In this document: positions 35,036 through 49,410 of the stretch, one piece after another
Position numbering within the stretch: the stretch's first letter is position 1
Layout of the letters: each line of letters opens with the position of its first letter
Origin: the human T2T-CHM13v2.0 reference genome, Homo sapiens
Reading direction: 5' to 3' (one strand)
Assembly (NCBI RefSeq): GCF_009914755.1
Contig: NC_060930.1
DNA: 64,000 nt
The notes under the pieces: generated by a model
Databases searched by the model: none
Told to the model about the DNA's origin: nothing
The model's input: only the letters and a program-made list of their open reading frames with translations
Made by a program: the position numbers and the translations under genes

Positions 35036-37342
35036 TTTCAATCTAGGGGCTACCAATGGCTTCCAAAGTCATTGGAAGTCCTAGGCTAGCCTCTTTCTTT
35101 GTTCTCCCTACCTCCCTTCCTCTTCTCCTTTCCTTCCTTTTCTCTCTGCCTCTCCCATTTCTCCTCCCATTCAAACTCTCCTCCTCTGCTCTTCTCTCTC
35201 CTCTTTTACTGCAGCCAAATTCTATTTTCCTTTTCATCAAATGTATATATATGCTTTTTCTTTTCTCAAACTTTCTTACAGATTCTAAACTCTAACTTGA
35301 TCATTTATAACTCTCTTATTTGCTAGAGGTTAAGCCAAGCCAAATTTTCAAACTCATTAACCCTTTGCCACTTCCTAGATGAGTCCCCACACCTGTGATT
35401 ACTTTAATTCAGCATACAGCCTCATCACCACCACCTACACTTATGTCTTTTACATTAAAATCAGCTAAAGAGAAGAGTCTATATCCATTTTAATTCCTGG
35501 TAAGTGAATGTTTCTTGATACAAAAACAAATAATAAAATCTCTATTTGAAAAAAAAAAGTTTTTCAAAACATATTACCAAGAAGTTGGATTGTGATTCTT
35601 TTTTTGCATAGCCTTCAGAGTTGTTACTTTCATGATCACATGTGATTCTCACAAAAGCCCTTAAAGTATTTTAAACCCCATTTTGCATCCAAATTAAAGT
35701 AAAGTTAAGAAAAGTTAAAGAAACAACTCACCGATGATTGCATAGCTAGTAAGTGGTTGATCCAAGTCTAAAACACTTTTCTTCTGATATATTAAAGGCT
35801 ATTTCTATCACACCATGCTCCAAGTCAGAAGGTACAAAGTGTGATTGCTTTAACCTAGTGTCAGGTAGTGCCAGCTAATGAGAATAAAGTGGGGAGCTGC
35901 ATTTGTCGCTACCTTTGCCTAATTATGTCAGGGTGGCAAAGAAAGGCCTGCTTCTGAAGCCCAGAGTTCCATGTTAACAAAAAATAGAAATCTAGGACTC
36001 GAATCTTTCTATTTTTCCTCTTTCTGCACTTTCATTATTCATGAATGAGTTGTCCCTGGTCAGGCTTCTGTGAAAAACCACAACAATGATTGCTTGGATA
36101 ATGAGTTTCTGGTGATGTCTTTGACTTGACATGTACCCATTTCCCGTAGGACCACTCAATCTGCTACCTCTCACTGAACATAGTTCAGGGATAAGATGGG
36201 GATGGGAAGAAGATCTTCATATAATAAAAATGCAAAACAAACAAATAATAGGAATGTACATCACTCAGTTCTCAAGTGCCTTTTTGCTAGTAAATGATAA
36301 AAACATCACTAAAAAAGCAACAAACCATTCATAATAAAAAAAATGCTCATGAATTCATGATATATTCCATTTGAATACAAACCAATTGTGACTTTTTAAG
36401 ACATATGAATAAAACACATATCAATCCAGTTGTTTCTAGTATTATTTTGCCATTAAATGAGGACTTTAATGAAATAAAAGCTTCAGAGCCTTTAGTTAGA
36501 AACAATCTTGATCATTCTTTGTATCAATAGACTTTCATCTGCCTTTCAAGTGTAGCAGTTTGTTACAGAAGGATGTGGGTACATTTGTCCCAAACACCAG
36601 ACTAAGATATCAAGAGGGCAGGTGATCTGTCTGATGTATCTTTCTATCATAGTAAAGCCTTGTTCATGCTTTGTATATTGTATACACATATACTAAATGA
36701 GGAATACTTTTAACTCAATTGGAAAGCATTAAAATGATTGTAGAGTTTTTACATCTTTGTTCCAATTTCTAGAATAGTGCCAGCCACCAAGTGGGGATTC
36801 ACTGATTATTAATAAATGAATATCTGATTAAATGAATGAAAAATGATTTTTTTAAGTTAGTGGGCTTTCCAAAGAACCTAATTTATTAAGCAAACCTGAG
36901 GGCATGTAAAGCATTCAGACTTGCAAAGTAAAAAATCAGCCAGGCTACAAATAAGTGAAAAAGTGTTAAGCCTTGTTATTTCTGATATTTTCTAGAAGTT
37001 TAATATCTCTACATATTTAAGTTTCATATCTAATATTTTCTAGGAATTTAATAGCTACCCAAGGCATCTATTAGACATAGGGCTTTCAGACCTTCAAAGT
37101 CCCCCTATATGTCAAAGACCAGGTCTTTTTGTTGCTGTTAAAGACCAGCTGGTAGTACCAAACTTTTCCAAATACTTATATTCATTAACAAGCAATTTCC
37201 TGCAAGAAAAAGGAAATGTTGGGGAGCATTTTGCGAATGCTGGGCATTTGAATATGCATCTAACAGAACCAGGATCAGAGCTGGACCTTTAATAAATCCA
37301 TAAAGACTCTTGTTGAAATAATGTTGTTAAAATCCCATTTAG

Positions 37343-37647
<305 letters not shown>

Positions 37648-38019
37648 AAAATCCCATTTAGTTTTAATGTTAGCAATGAACATATTTCAATCTAATCAAG
37701 ATTTTGCCTTTTATTTTTCAGGAATAATGGGGAGGGGATAGAGGAACAAATTAAAAGAAATCATGAAGTAACAAACAAAAATCTAGGTTTTACGATATTC
37801 TTCAGGAAATTGACTTAGTTTTTTCAACAAGTTAATGGCATGACAAATAAAAAGAAGATACTACTCTAAATTAAAATGTCTTAATGATAAAAATAACTTA
37901 ATGTTATGGTCATTACAATTAAAAAAATATGCGAACCTTTTCAAAGACTTTTTTTGATAGTTGAAGACATTGTAAAATGGACTGGATATATCACAAAATC
38001 AAAAGTTATTGTTAATTGT

Positions 38020-38385
38020 TGTCTTAGTTCAAACTGCCATAACAATGTACCATTGAATAGGTGGCTTAAACAACAAACATTTATTTCTCACAATATTGGG
38101 AGGCTGAGTAGCTCAAGATCAAGGTGCCAGTATCCAGTGTTTGGTGGTGAAGGTCAAGTCCCTGATTTGCAGATATCCTGGTATCCTCACTTGTTGCAAA
38201 AAGAGCTAGGTAGCTTTCTGGCTTGTTCTTATAAAGGTACTAATTTTATTCATGAGAACTCTACCTTTATGACCTAATTACCACTCAAAGGCACTACCTC
38301 CAGATACCATCACATTGGGATTAAGACTTCTATATATGAATTTGGTGGCAGTGGGTGAAACAAAAACACTTAGTTCATTGCAATT
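38020..38385 (-). mobile_element. MLT1-family MaLR solo LTR within an old L1M 3' fragment (~37720-38630)
   Basis: 'tgtcttagtt...ggtggcttaaacaacaaacatttatttctcaca...caagatcaaggtgccag...catcacattgggattaag'. Confidence 0.75.
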
Positions 38386-40929
38386 GTGTTGGGGGTGATA
38401 ATGGTATTGTGCTTATACAAGTAAATACCTGTATATTTTTAGAGATGTACACTGGAAAAAATGATGTAATGTTTAGGACATGCATTTAAAATGCTTCAAA
38501 AATAAAATTTAAATAAGAAACAAGAAGCAAGTGTGGAAAATTCTGAACACTGTTGAATATGGATGATGACTCTGTGGAGGATTATTATACTATCTCTCTA
38601 CTTTCATGTGGAGACATTTTAACAAGAATAAAGGTACACAATAAAACTCAAGTTCAGAGTTACAGTTTTCCCTGAATGTAGTCAATTTTATTGGGGTCTT
38701 GTTATGTTTTAAGAGTTATTCTATGTTTAAATAATTTATAAATTCTATTTGTGTTACCACATTTTTTTTCCTTTTCGGACTTCGCTTTTTTACTTATCTT
38801 GGAGACTTAGGTAATATTATATGTAGAGGTACTTCATACTTCTTAATGTTTACATGTGATTCCATCTCTTAAATAGTTTTAATGAGCATTGTTTTATCTG
38901 TTCATATTAATGATAAAGAAAATGGTTTCTGGGTTTAAAAAAATGATTGGAAACATTTTTTTCTCTCTTCTCCAATGATGCACGCATGATCAAGGCAAAG
39001 AGAAAGAAGCCTTGTTAAAGCTATAAGCCCAATCACTAATGAGAAAACTGTACATTTTTATCCCTTCCAGGTCTTTCCTGTCCTATACAGAACACTGAAT
39101 ACATGGGTATGTCTGGGTATCTGATAAAATATTTCTTTCTTTTCAAAATGAGTGAAATAATGTTACTACCCAGTGACAAGAAGAGAAATGTTTTCAGAGA
39201 AGAAAATATATTTTTCTCAAGTTGAAAAGGATACAATCCTAAATTTAAAGATCAATTTAAAAGGAAGGGTTTGTATTATCCAGAAAATTGTAACTACAAA
39301 ATGACTTTCAGCATGAAATTTTAGAGGTATGAAGCCAAAATAATGAAGATAAAGCTAATATTCTCATTTAACTTTTTCTTTTCTTCTGTGTTCTTCTAAG
39401 GTAACAAGGACCATTGAATATTAAATATGTAATTATTAAGTTTATTTCCAAGAAAAAAGGCTAAATGTTTAACTGTAAAGGCAATTTGTACTGTCTAATT
39501 TGGATATATTTACATTCAATCAGGAAAATGATTGAGTGACACTTAGTCATTAAACCAGAAATAATACATATGGAGAAGTCCGTTTTACTATTGCCTAGCA
39601 CATAGCTATGTGAAATGATAAAATAGAGCTTCATTATAAAGCAATAAAAAATTTATGTTTTCTACCAAGGGCCACAGATGATTCTTTTTGTCATCTCATA
39701 GCCACCCACACAAAAATCAGAAAAAAATTACATACATCTTGTATTTTCCTATTATTTTCTTAGCAATTTAACAGGTATTGTGAGTAGAAAAGAAATACAA
39801 ATACTCAATGCTTCTCTACTTCCCTAATTATTTCCCCTTCCCAATATCCCCCACCCAAAATAATCTTTACAGCGAAATCATCACAATGACATTTACAATA
39901 GAGTTTCAGATTAGAATTGCCTTGTTATAACATTAAGCACGACTTGACTTGCTCCTGGAAGCTTTTGCCATTCTAGGCACATGTCCTTAGTATATGGGTT
40001 CTGTCTTAGTTTATTCCCTCACATCTGAGTTCATCACTGAAAAACTTAGAATAATAAAATGCTTCAGACAGAAGGGACCTTGAGATGACCAAGCGTAATT
40101 CTATCACTAGTGTATTAATAACTATCATTTATTGAGCAACTATTATGCATCAGGCACTGTGCTGATAACTCTTTCTACATCATGTCATTTTAATCATCAT
40201 AACAACCCTATACAATAAGGACTATATTTCCAATTAGCAGTAAGGATAGAGTGATTTATAAACGTTAATTATCTCATTCAAGCTCCATGTATGCACTAGT
40301 TAATTTTGTCTGCTCAATATCCATTTATCTTTCTTCTGTTACCTCAGTTTTGCCTTAAGAAACCTATCACTTCTTCCCCACCCTCAGTTATTATAGTTAA
40401 GTTGGGGCTGCTTCTACCCTGGCTCCAGGGAAGGAAATCTGTCCCACCTGGCCAACTAGAAACACTCATTGGTTCAAGGGAAGGCACATTTCCTAAACTG
40501 GACCAATCAGAATAAATCTCAGGACTGATTTGGGAGACTAGGTGCCCTCATTCTGTGGAGGTTGCTGAACTACTAAGGTGAAAACTGGAGCTCATGGTGC
40601 CCATCTTGGTGCAACGCTAGAAGTCAAAAGTGATGAAACAAATTTCTTCTAACATCAGTCACGCTGAAAGTCAGAGCTACTCCTGGATTTGAGGTTAGAT
40701 AAATGAACAAACTCCTTTGTATTTTTTTTAAGTCTGACTGATTTGATTTTCAGTGTTTTGCACTGGAATGAGTGATGAAGGATCCAATCACTAAGCTGAT
40801 ACATGGCAGAGCCAGTAATTAAACCCAGGTTTTCTGTTCTTTTCCATCACAGTATTTAGATTTGATTTAATCCTTGGTTTTCTCGAAAGAATTCAAGCAA
40901 ATTAGAATAAGATTTAGCCACAGAAAGTG

Positions 40930-41295
40930 CCTTAGTTTCGGTTACCCAGAATTAGTCCCTGAGTCAAAGATTTCTGTGCAAGTAATTTACTAAGAATATG
41001 CCACAAAGGGAAACTGACATGGACCAGGGAAGCAGAGCAGGAAAGGAGAAGAAACCAAGCAAGGGTGAAATTTCCAGCTAAGTCCCAGCCTCAATCTGAT
41101 TCCCAGGGGAATTTCCAAGGGAAGTTACACTGAGGAGCTTGTCCTCCTGATTACGCTCTAGTCAGCCATTGCCAGGTGAGCAACCCTGGGTGGAGGGAAC
41201 ATATACTCCCAGGTACTCTTACTATCTGTGAGACCTAGAAATGAGTCCAGTAGCCCAAGGCCAGTCCTCTGAAGAAGACCCATTAAATGCAAAGC
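40930..41295. mobile_element. LTR16-like ERVL LTR
   Basis: 'cttagtttcggttacccaga...ccctgagtcaaagatt...caagtaatttact...gtcctctgaagaag'. Confidence 0.5.
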
Positions 41296-41711
41296 ACTGA
41301 CAAAGTTAAGTCTGAATTAGAGGAGCCTTTTCTGGATACATTCTGGCATACTCAGCTTTTCTGGAGTGAGATCCTGGAAAACTCAAAAGTATAGGAAAGG
41401 TCTCACTACACTGATGTGAAATTGAAGTCCAACCTGTTTCCTTACCTTCTTGAAATGTTACGCAATTCATGGACAGAAGCTTCCTCGGGTTTATGATTTT
41501 CTCACATTTCTTTTGATGCCAGGGGCCATTTTCCCATTCATAAGACCTCAACTCCACCAACTTACCAACATCAACCATCTTAACTTCACTTAGTATGAAT
41601 TTTCTGACATGCACAGTGGGGAAAATAATAGAGCCTATTTTGATAGCTTGCTTTAAAAATTAAATGACAAAATGCCTTATCACAATACCTAGTACTGAGC
41701 TATTTGCATGC

Positions 41712-42077
41712 TGTTTATGGGCTGAATTGCGTCACCCTCAATACTCATAGATTTAAGTCCTTCTACCTCAGAATGTGACTGCATATAGGTGTGACTCAGT
41801 TACAATGAGGTCATTAGGGCAGGCCCTAATCCATTCTAGCTGATGTTTTTATGAGGAGATTTGAACACACAGAGATATCAGAGATGAGTGTTCACAGAGG
41901 TGAAACCATGTGAGGACATGGCCAGAAGGCAGCCACCTGCAAGCTGCAAAAAGAACCAAATCTGCTGACATTTTGATCTTGGAATTCTAGTCTCTAGAAC
42001 CGTGAGAAAATAAATTTATTTGTTTAAGCCACCAAGTTTGTGTTATTTTGTTACAGCATCCCTAGCAAGCTAATACA
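41712..42077 (+). mobile_element. MLT1 (A0/B-like) MaLR solo LTR
   Basis: tgtttatgggctgaattg...gtgagaaaataaattt...ttgttacagca...gctaataca; near-perfect TSD catgc/cgtgc. Confidence 0.85.
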
Positions 42078-43414
42078 CGTGCATATCAAAACTGTCCCTT
42101 CCTTAATTTCTCATTCTAATATCCTATCATTCCTGGGTACATATAAATGGATGGCTATTGTCAGGAAAGAATATTCATCCTCTACACGGTGTTTCCAGCC
42201 AACTGAGTTGGACATTTCAGAAACAAATCTTAGAAGAGCATAGAATAGTTTTTCCAGAAGGAAATATTCAACAGATCCATATTCCACCTTCTCTGACACT
42301 GTGTTCTCAGCAGGTGGGAAATTATTCTCAAGGCTATATCCCAGAGACTGCAATCATGTTAGCATGAGGACCAGATGGAATAAAACCAGGATCCAACTAC
42401 ATTTATTTTCAGAGCTTTAGAAAAGAACGGAATGGAGTGAAGGTTAGATCTCCCTTTGGTCTCTTGGGTCTAAGTTTGGCTAATCAGCTCCATAAAAGCT
42501 ACCTTAGGAACACTAGGTACTTAGTGGAAGCTAAACAATCTCTCCATGTAGTGTCTATGATTCTGAAAAATGAATCTAGAAAATCAAAGTCATAAATCTC
42601 TTTTTAAGTGCCATCCAAAGAAAACTATTTCCTAAATGAATTTTATTGAAATAATAAGTGCAACAAATAAATCCAGGGAGGCACTAAAGCTTTTCAAAAT
42701 GGAAAAAGAAAAATGAGTTAAAATATTAGAGCTGAGAAAACAGAACTGCTATGTGCTCATATCTTTGAAATCACAGTTGATGTTCCTAAAGCAAAAAGAA
42801 TGCCTCACAGTGTGGACAAAACATCTTCCTATACATTATCCCACTTGAACCTCACAAGAACTCAGAAAATAAACAGGAAAGTGGCTCAAGGTCAGAGAAC
42901 TCACCAAGTGTTTTGCCTGAGATAAAAACAATTTAAGTGAATAGAATAGGAAAAAAATAAATTTTACAGCAGTTCTAACATGTAGGCATCTGAAGGAAAT
43001 ATTCAAATAGACAAAGGTATGTTAGATTCAGGTTTATTAATGTCGTATCAATCAAGAAGACTTTATTTAATGCACTGTTCTAGTAAAAATATATTCTTTT
43101 TGTTCAATAAAATTTTAAGATGCATTCTTCATAATTTATGGGTAAAATCAAATATAAGAATCCAAGGGCAGGAATAGAAGCAAGTTTCCTAAATATACAT
43201 CACTCTTAAAAATGTTTAAAGACAAAGAGCTGGAGCCTGCACTTTAGATTTACAAGTGATCTCGTTTTGTAATGTCTTAGAGAAATTAGAAAGAGAGCTC
43301 CTCCCACTGATTCTTCTTTCCTGTCATTTGTTCAGCTAGAAAATCCAACACTCTAACTATAGATGATGGTTTGTACAAGTCGGACCCCAGGAAAGAGACA
43401 GAAACCACACCAAC

Positions 43415-43738
43415 TGTGAAGGTATTTGACTGTCAACTTGGCTAGGCTGTGGTTCCCATTTATTCAACCAAACACTAATCTAAGTGTTGCTGTGAAGGTA
43501 TGTTGTAGATATGACTAAGGTCCATTATCAGTTGACTTTACATATGGAAAATTATCCTAGATAATCTGGGTGGGCCTGATTCAATAAACAGAAAGACCTA
43601 AAAGCAGAGCTGAGACTTCCCTGATAAAGACGAAATTCCAACTGTGGACAGCAGGTTTAGCCCATGCCCAAGAGTTCCAGCACTGCATTCCTGATGGCCT
43701 GCCCTGTGGATTTCAGACATGCCTAGCCTGCCCCCACA

Positions 43739-43795
<57 letters not shown>

Positions 43796-43945
43796 ATACA
43801 TACACACACACACACATATATATGGTATATATGTAGATACATATGTGTAGGTATACATATATACATATGCATGCATAGAGTACACAGATAGATATTCTAC
43901 TGATTCTACTGATTCTGCTTCTTTGGTTGAATTATGACCCATATA
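43415..43945 (+). mobile_element. MLT2 (D-like) ERVL solo LTR containing (TA)n at 43742-43786, apparently nested in an older LTR (~43370-44520)
   Basis: 'tgtcaacttggctaggct...caaacactaatctaagtgttgctgtgaaggtat...ataatctgggtgggcctgattcaat'. Confidence 0.75.
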
Positions 43946-45521
43946 TGAGCTATTTGAATAATGAGAATTTAATATAAATAATTGTTAAGTAGGTAAAAAG
44001 TTATTAACTAACTGAAAGAGTAAATTAGAACTCTGAGGTATATTACAGAGTTAGCAACTGAAGGAATCAGACACCACCCCTAATGTTTAGGGTGCAAGGA
44101 CAGAAAGTGGAATTACTAAAACTTAGAAATTTAGAGGACAGAGCCTGTGGGCCTAGGACAGTTCTCTGAGCAGATAGGGATAACCAGCTGATGCTGGTGT
44201 TTCTGAGTAGTCACTGTAACACCGGCTCAGAGAAAACGCAGAAAGCTGCAAATTGCCTCCTGCCACTGCTCCAGGAAGGTACTGCTCTGCCAGAGTGAAG
44301 AAGCAAAGAAAGGCGATGCTCACAGGAACTACAAGCTGCCAGGTAGGAAGACAACAGGAAGGAGAGTGTCCTTTCTTTCTCCTGCAGCCTTGCATTTTTC
44401 ATCTAGTGCTCCCTATTGTTGGAAGCTAACAAGGATCTAGCTGGGAAGGCAAAAATAAGGCTTGCAGAGCCACAGTCTCAGCAAAACAAGACTGAGTGTA
44501 GAGTACAGAGGGGAGAGGACTTTGCTGAGAGACAATAGCTTGATCACTGGATTGGGGTTTTGGTATTGCTCAGAATATATAATAGTAAATATTTGGGGCA
44601 ATATTTCCCCAAAGAGGAACCAAAAGAGCATACAATTAGATATATCTGTATCACACCAATTCTTAAGTATCCTGCAGCTAAATCAACATCTTCTGCTACT
44701 AAAAGTAATTCTTTTCTTAAAAGCAGCCACTTAACCCTTCTTCTGCTTGTAAACTCACTCCACATTCAGGGTCTTATAGACGGATTTTCACTTTGATCAA
44801 TCCACATAAAAGTCAGTAATAACGTATTGCCAAGGCACTAACTTCTTAAAATATCCAAGCAAACGAATTACATTCTCTAAACATGGCTCACGGGTGGGAA
44901 CAGAATAGGAGCAAGTACTGTCTACTTAGCAGTTAGACAATATTCCAACAGTGAGTAAAACGTGCTAGTGGGAATAGACAGTGACTTGGTAAAGTGGTAG
45001 ATATTCAAAACTAAAAAATACTAGGACTTGGAGACCAACTGAGCATAAAGTGAAAATAAGATAAAAATTTGTCTTACTTCAAGATTTTTTGTTTGTTTTG
45101 TTTTAAGCAAAACTAGGCAAAGGCCATAACAATAACAGCAACAGGTAGCTCAGTTTTGTTCAAAGATTTTATTGCACACACGCTCCTATGTGTCCTCTAC
45201 TCTTACCTTAGAAGTTCTTACATCTTAAAGTTTCTTAAGAAGGCCATGTTTATTTCATTTGCCTATAACCTTTCACAAAGTGTGCCTTCTGCCTGGAATA
45301 CCCTTCTTCCCTTGTCTTTCAATGAATATGACTAATTTATACTTCTAGCATCAATTCAAACTTCTACTTCTCAGTAACTCCTGCCGTCACCCAGAGCTGC
45401 AGCATTGCATGGCTCCAGGGGACATAATTCACACTGTGTTTTATGTGGATAAGATATCTTGGAGTTATGCAGCATGACAGCCTTTCTCTGACCTCCCTGC
45501 AAGGCAAAGTCTGAGTAGGAC

Positions 45522-45522
45522 A

Positions 45523-45586
<64 letters not shown>

Positions 45587-45633
45587 ATCTATCTATCTAC
45601 CTATCTATCTATATCTATCTGCCTGCCTACCTA
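45522..45633. repeat. Compound tetranucleotide STR (TCTG)n(TCTA)n
   Basis: tgtctgtctg...tctatctatcta...tgcctgcctaccta. Confidence 0.95.
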
Positions 45634-45635
45634 CT

Positions 45636-46030
45636 TTAGTCTGCAAAAGGCTAAATACCTGAGACTGGGTGGTTTAAATGTTAAACTTTTTTTTTTCACA
45701 GTTCTTGAGGCTTGACATCCAAGATCAAGGTGCCATTAGGGATGGTTTCTGGTGAAGCCTCTCTTCCTAGCTTGTAGATGGCTACCTTCATACTGAGTCC
45801 TCACATGGCCCTGCTGTGTGTGCATGGAGAATGAGAGACAGAGAGAGAGAGAGAGATCCTGTGTCTTTTCCTTTTCTTAGGAAGCACACAACTTCTATTG
45901 GATTGGGACCTCACCTTTTTTACCTCGTTTAACATTAACTACTTTCCTAAAGGTCTCAACACAAAATACAGTCATAGTGGGGGTTAGCGATTTAAATATA
46001 ACATTTTAGAACCACAGTGTACTCCATAAC
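45636..46030 (-). mobile_element. MLT1A-like MaLR solo LTR
   Basis: 'gactgggtggtttaaa...tttcacagttct...tccaagatcaaggtgcc...ttctggtgaagcctctcttcct...cctcacatggcc'. Confidence 0.75.
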
Positions 46031-46084
46031 TCTGTCTCTCACTCTCTCTCTCTCTCTCTCTCTATCTATATATATATATATATC

Positions 46085-47250
46085 GTCCCAGTCTCTCCTG
46101 GACTACAGTTTCTGCTGAGACACCTGTGATGGTTTTATAGAAGTTCCCTTGTATGTTACAAGTTGCTTTTCTCTTGCTGCTTTCCAAATACTCTGTCTTG
46201 ACTTTTGAGAATTTGATTATGTGTCTCAGTGAAGATCTCTTTGTGTTTAATCTATTTGAGGTTCTTTGGGCTTCAAACATCTGGATGTTTATTTCCCTCC
46301 ATAAATTTGGAAAGTTTTCTGTCATTATTTCTTTAAATAAGCTTTCTGTCAATTTCTGTTTCTCTGCTTCTTCTGAGTCTCCCAGAGTGCATATGTTCAT
46401 TTGCTTCATGATGTCCTATAAGTCCCATAAGCTTTCTTCACTCTTTTTAAATTTTTTTCTTTTCTTTTCTCTGACTAGGTAATTTCAGATGACCTGTCTT
46501 CAAGCTCACTGATTTTTTCCTTCAACTGGAGTCTTCTGTTTAAGCTTTTTATAAAATTTTTTAGTTCATTTTTTCTAACTTTAGAGTTTTTGTTTGGTTC
46601 TTTGTTAAAGTTGCTATTTTTTGTTGAACTTTTAATTTTGTTCATGCATTTTCTGGTTTTGTTTAATTGTCTCTCTGCTTTGTCTTCACTGAACTTCTTT
46701 AAGCTTCCTTAGTTGAGAAGCTTTAGAATTATTTTGCAAGCAGTTCATAGATCTCCATTTCTCTAGGATCCCTTACTAGTGCTTTATTTTATTCCTTTGG
46801 GGGTTTCATGTTTTCCTGACTGTTTGTGATCCTTGTGGGCTTGTGTTAGTGTCTGCACATTTGAAGAAGTAGACACCTCTTCCAGTCTTTTCAGTCTAAC
46901 CTTAGCAGGAAAAGCTCTTCATCAGTCAGTCCATCCAGAGATTCTGGGCAGGCCAGCTGTTGGGGTCCTTAGGAAGGCTGGCTGCTGGAGTCCTCAGGCT
47001 GGTTGTCTTAGGTTTGGGGTCAATGGGTAGATGGATCTGGTAGTGAGGTCCACTGGGGTAGGCATGGTGACTATATCCATGGGATAAGCATGGAGCCTGG
47101 ATCTGCAGAGGTAGGCCTGGAGTCTGGGTCCCTGAGGGGCAGCCTGGAACCTGGATTTATCTGGTACTGGGCTGGGTCTTGAGCCTGAGTATGCCAGGGC
47201 AGGCCAGAATCCTGGGTCTGTGAGAACTGTCCTGGAGTCTTGGAGCATGG
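46085..47250 (-). mobile_element. Old L1M fragment (ORF1 and 5'UTR)
   Basis: Minus-strand peptide ESLFKEIMTENFPNLWREINIQMFEAQRTSNRLNTKRSSLRHIIKFSKVK is L1 ORF1p. Confidence 0.85.
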
Positions 47251-48534
47251 GCAGCAGCGTGATGTTGATGTGAAAATGTAATGTATAAAGAAATTATGGA
47301 TAAGCAAGGTCTTGTTGAAGATCAAAGGGATGTTAAAAACATACTTGATGTACAGTTTTGCAAGCTCTGAACTTCTGAACTGATAGGAAATAAGACACAC
47401 ATACCATTACAACATGGATTAAGAGATGTGAAATAATAATTGAACCCACACATTGTATAGTGCACTAAAAAGGAAAAACAGGGTTGTTTGTGAAAAACAG
47501 AAAACTGGACTCAAACTAGCTCAAATAATATGGAAAATTTTTTGATTAATATAAATGTAAAATCCAGAAAATGTAGGCTTCTTGTCAGTCATGCTCTAGT
47601 AGCTCAACAATGTCACTCAAGACCTAGTTTCTTTTCATTTCCTTTGTTTTCTTCATAAGCCTAAATTTGCTTTACTTGAAGTTACAAGACGGCATTGGCA
47701 GCGGCAGAAAGATTATATACTTGCTTTCTGAAATCTAAAAGAAAAACAGTATATCCACTGAAGAGTAATGAAACTACTTTTCAAGGAGCAACCAAAACTC
47801 TGCTAGCATCTCAGTCACGTGCCTATATATAAACCAATCTCTATGTCCAACAGCTTGTATCTGCTTGTTGGTTTAAATTAATCAGGAATTGCTCCTGGAA
47901 GGCAAATGTGGACCACATAAGAAAGGGGTAAGTTTTTCAATGAAAATAAATATAATATTATCAGCATGAAGAGGATAAATTCTGGATAGTCAAAATCCCC
48001 CCAAAATGTAGAGATGTGAGCATTTGAGATAGGCTTTGAAGAATGTGTGTGTATAGCAGAGGGGGTTTGCTGATGAAGGGATCAACAAAATCAGAGCTCA
48101 GTGTGAAGAAAATGCAATAAATATGCAGAAAATATTAAATGGCCTAGTTTTACATGAAGAACAAAGGGATGCCTAACCTGGAAAATATAATGTTTTGCAT
48201 CAACTAATACAACTCATAGAGGTTTATTTGTGAGTTGTTAAATATTCTTGAACCCCCTAAAGTAGCATAAAGAATGTTGGGTTTATAGATACATGGGTAT
48301 TTTCCTGGAGAAAAAAGTCTACAGATTCTTAAAGGTAATTGTAACAAAAACAAAACAAAATAAACAAAAATTAACGGAAAATAGAACATAGTAACAGTAG
48401 AAAATTGCACTAAGGAAATAGAAATAGGTTGGGTTATAGTGTTGAAGTTCTTAAATGACAGGTTACAATGTTTGGCTGACACAGAACTTTTAGAAAGCAC
48501 ATTAGGAAAACAAGCTGATCTAGATGGAAGGTTA

Positions 48535-48816
<282 letters not shown>

Positions 48817-49410
48817 TCAACATTATGTATATTGATTTTAAGATGATGGTAGGACAATGAAATTAGAATAAGGAATTGAAGCCCAGAAACACAACTGGGA
48901 TTGAAGAAACACTTATGGCAGCTTAGAAGCAAAAGTCAACATAGCTATTGGCATGTACATACTATCAAAACAACAGACTTTAACACATTTTACAAATTGT
49001 AGCTCATGATATTGTTTCAGCATTCAGTTCTTGAGTTCTCAACTAAAATACAGTTCTTTCGTTTATGAGGGCAGTATGCAAAGAAATGAAATTGGCTTAG
49101 TGGAATTGGTTTTGCATTAGCAGTGTTTTTTTCATAAAAATTCAAGTTTAATTCCATATTGCTTTTTGAAATAATACTGTGGCAATGAGTCAACAGGCCT
49201 TTCCCCTGGCATTCTTAGCTCTCTAATGGGGCAAACTGTCTTATGATAATGCCTATTAATTTTATGTGATAGTATAGTTTATTACTTAATTTTAAAAATT
49301 AGAATTTAAGATGATTTTATTGCATTGTTTTAAAGTTCATTTTATTGTGAAAATACTTCAAATTTGACATTCCATATTTTCTTTTTGGTTAGTGGCTAAT
49401 TAAGTTTTAA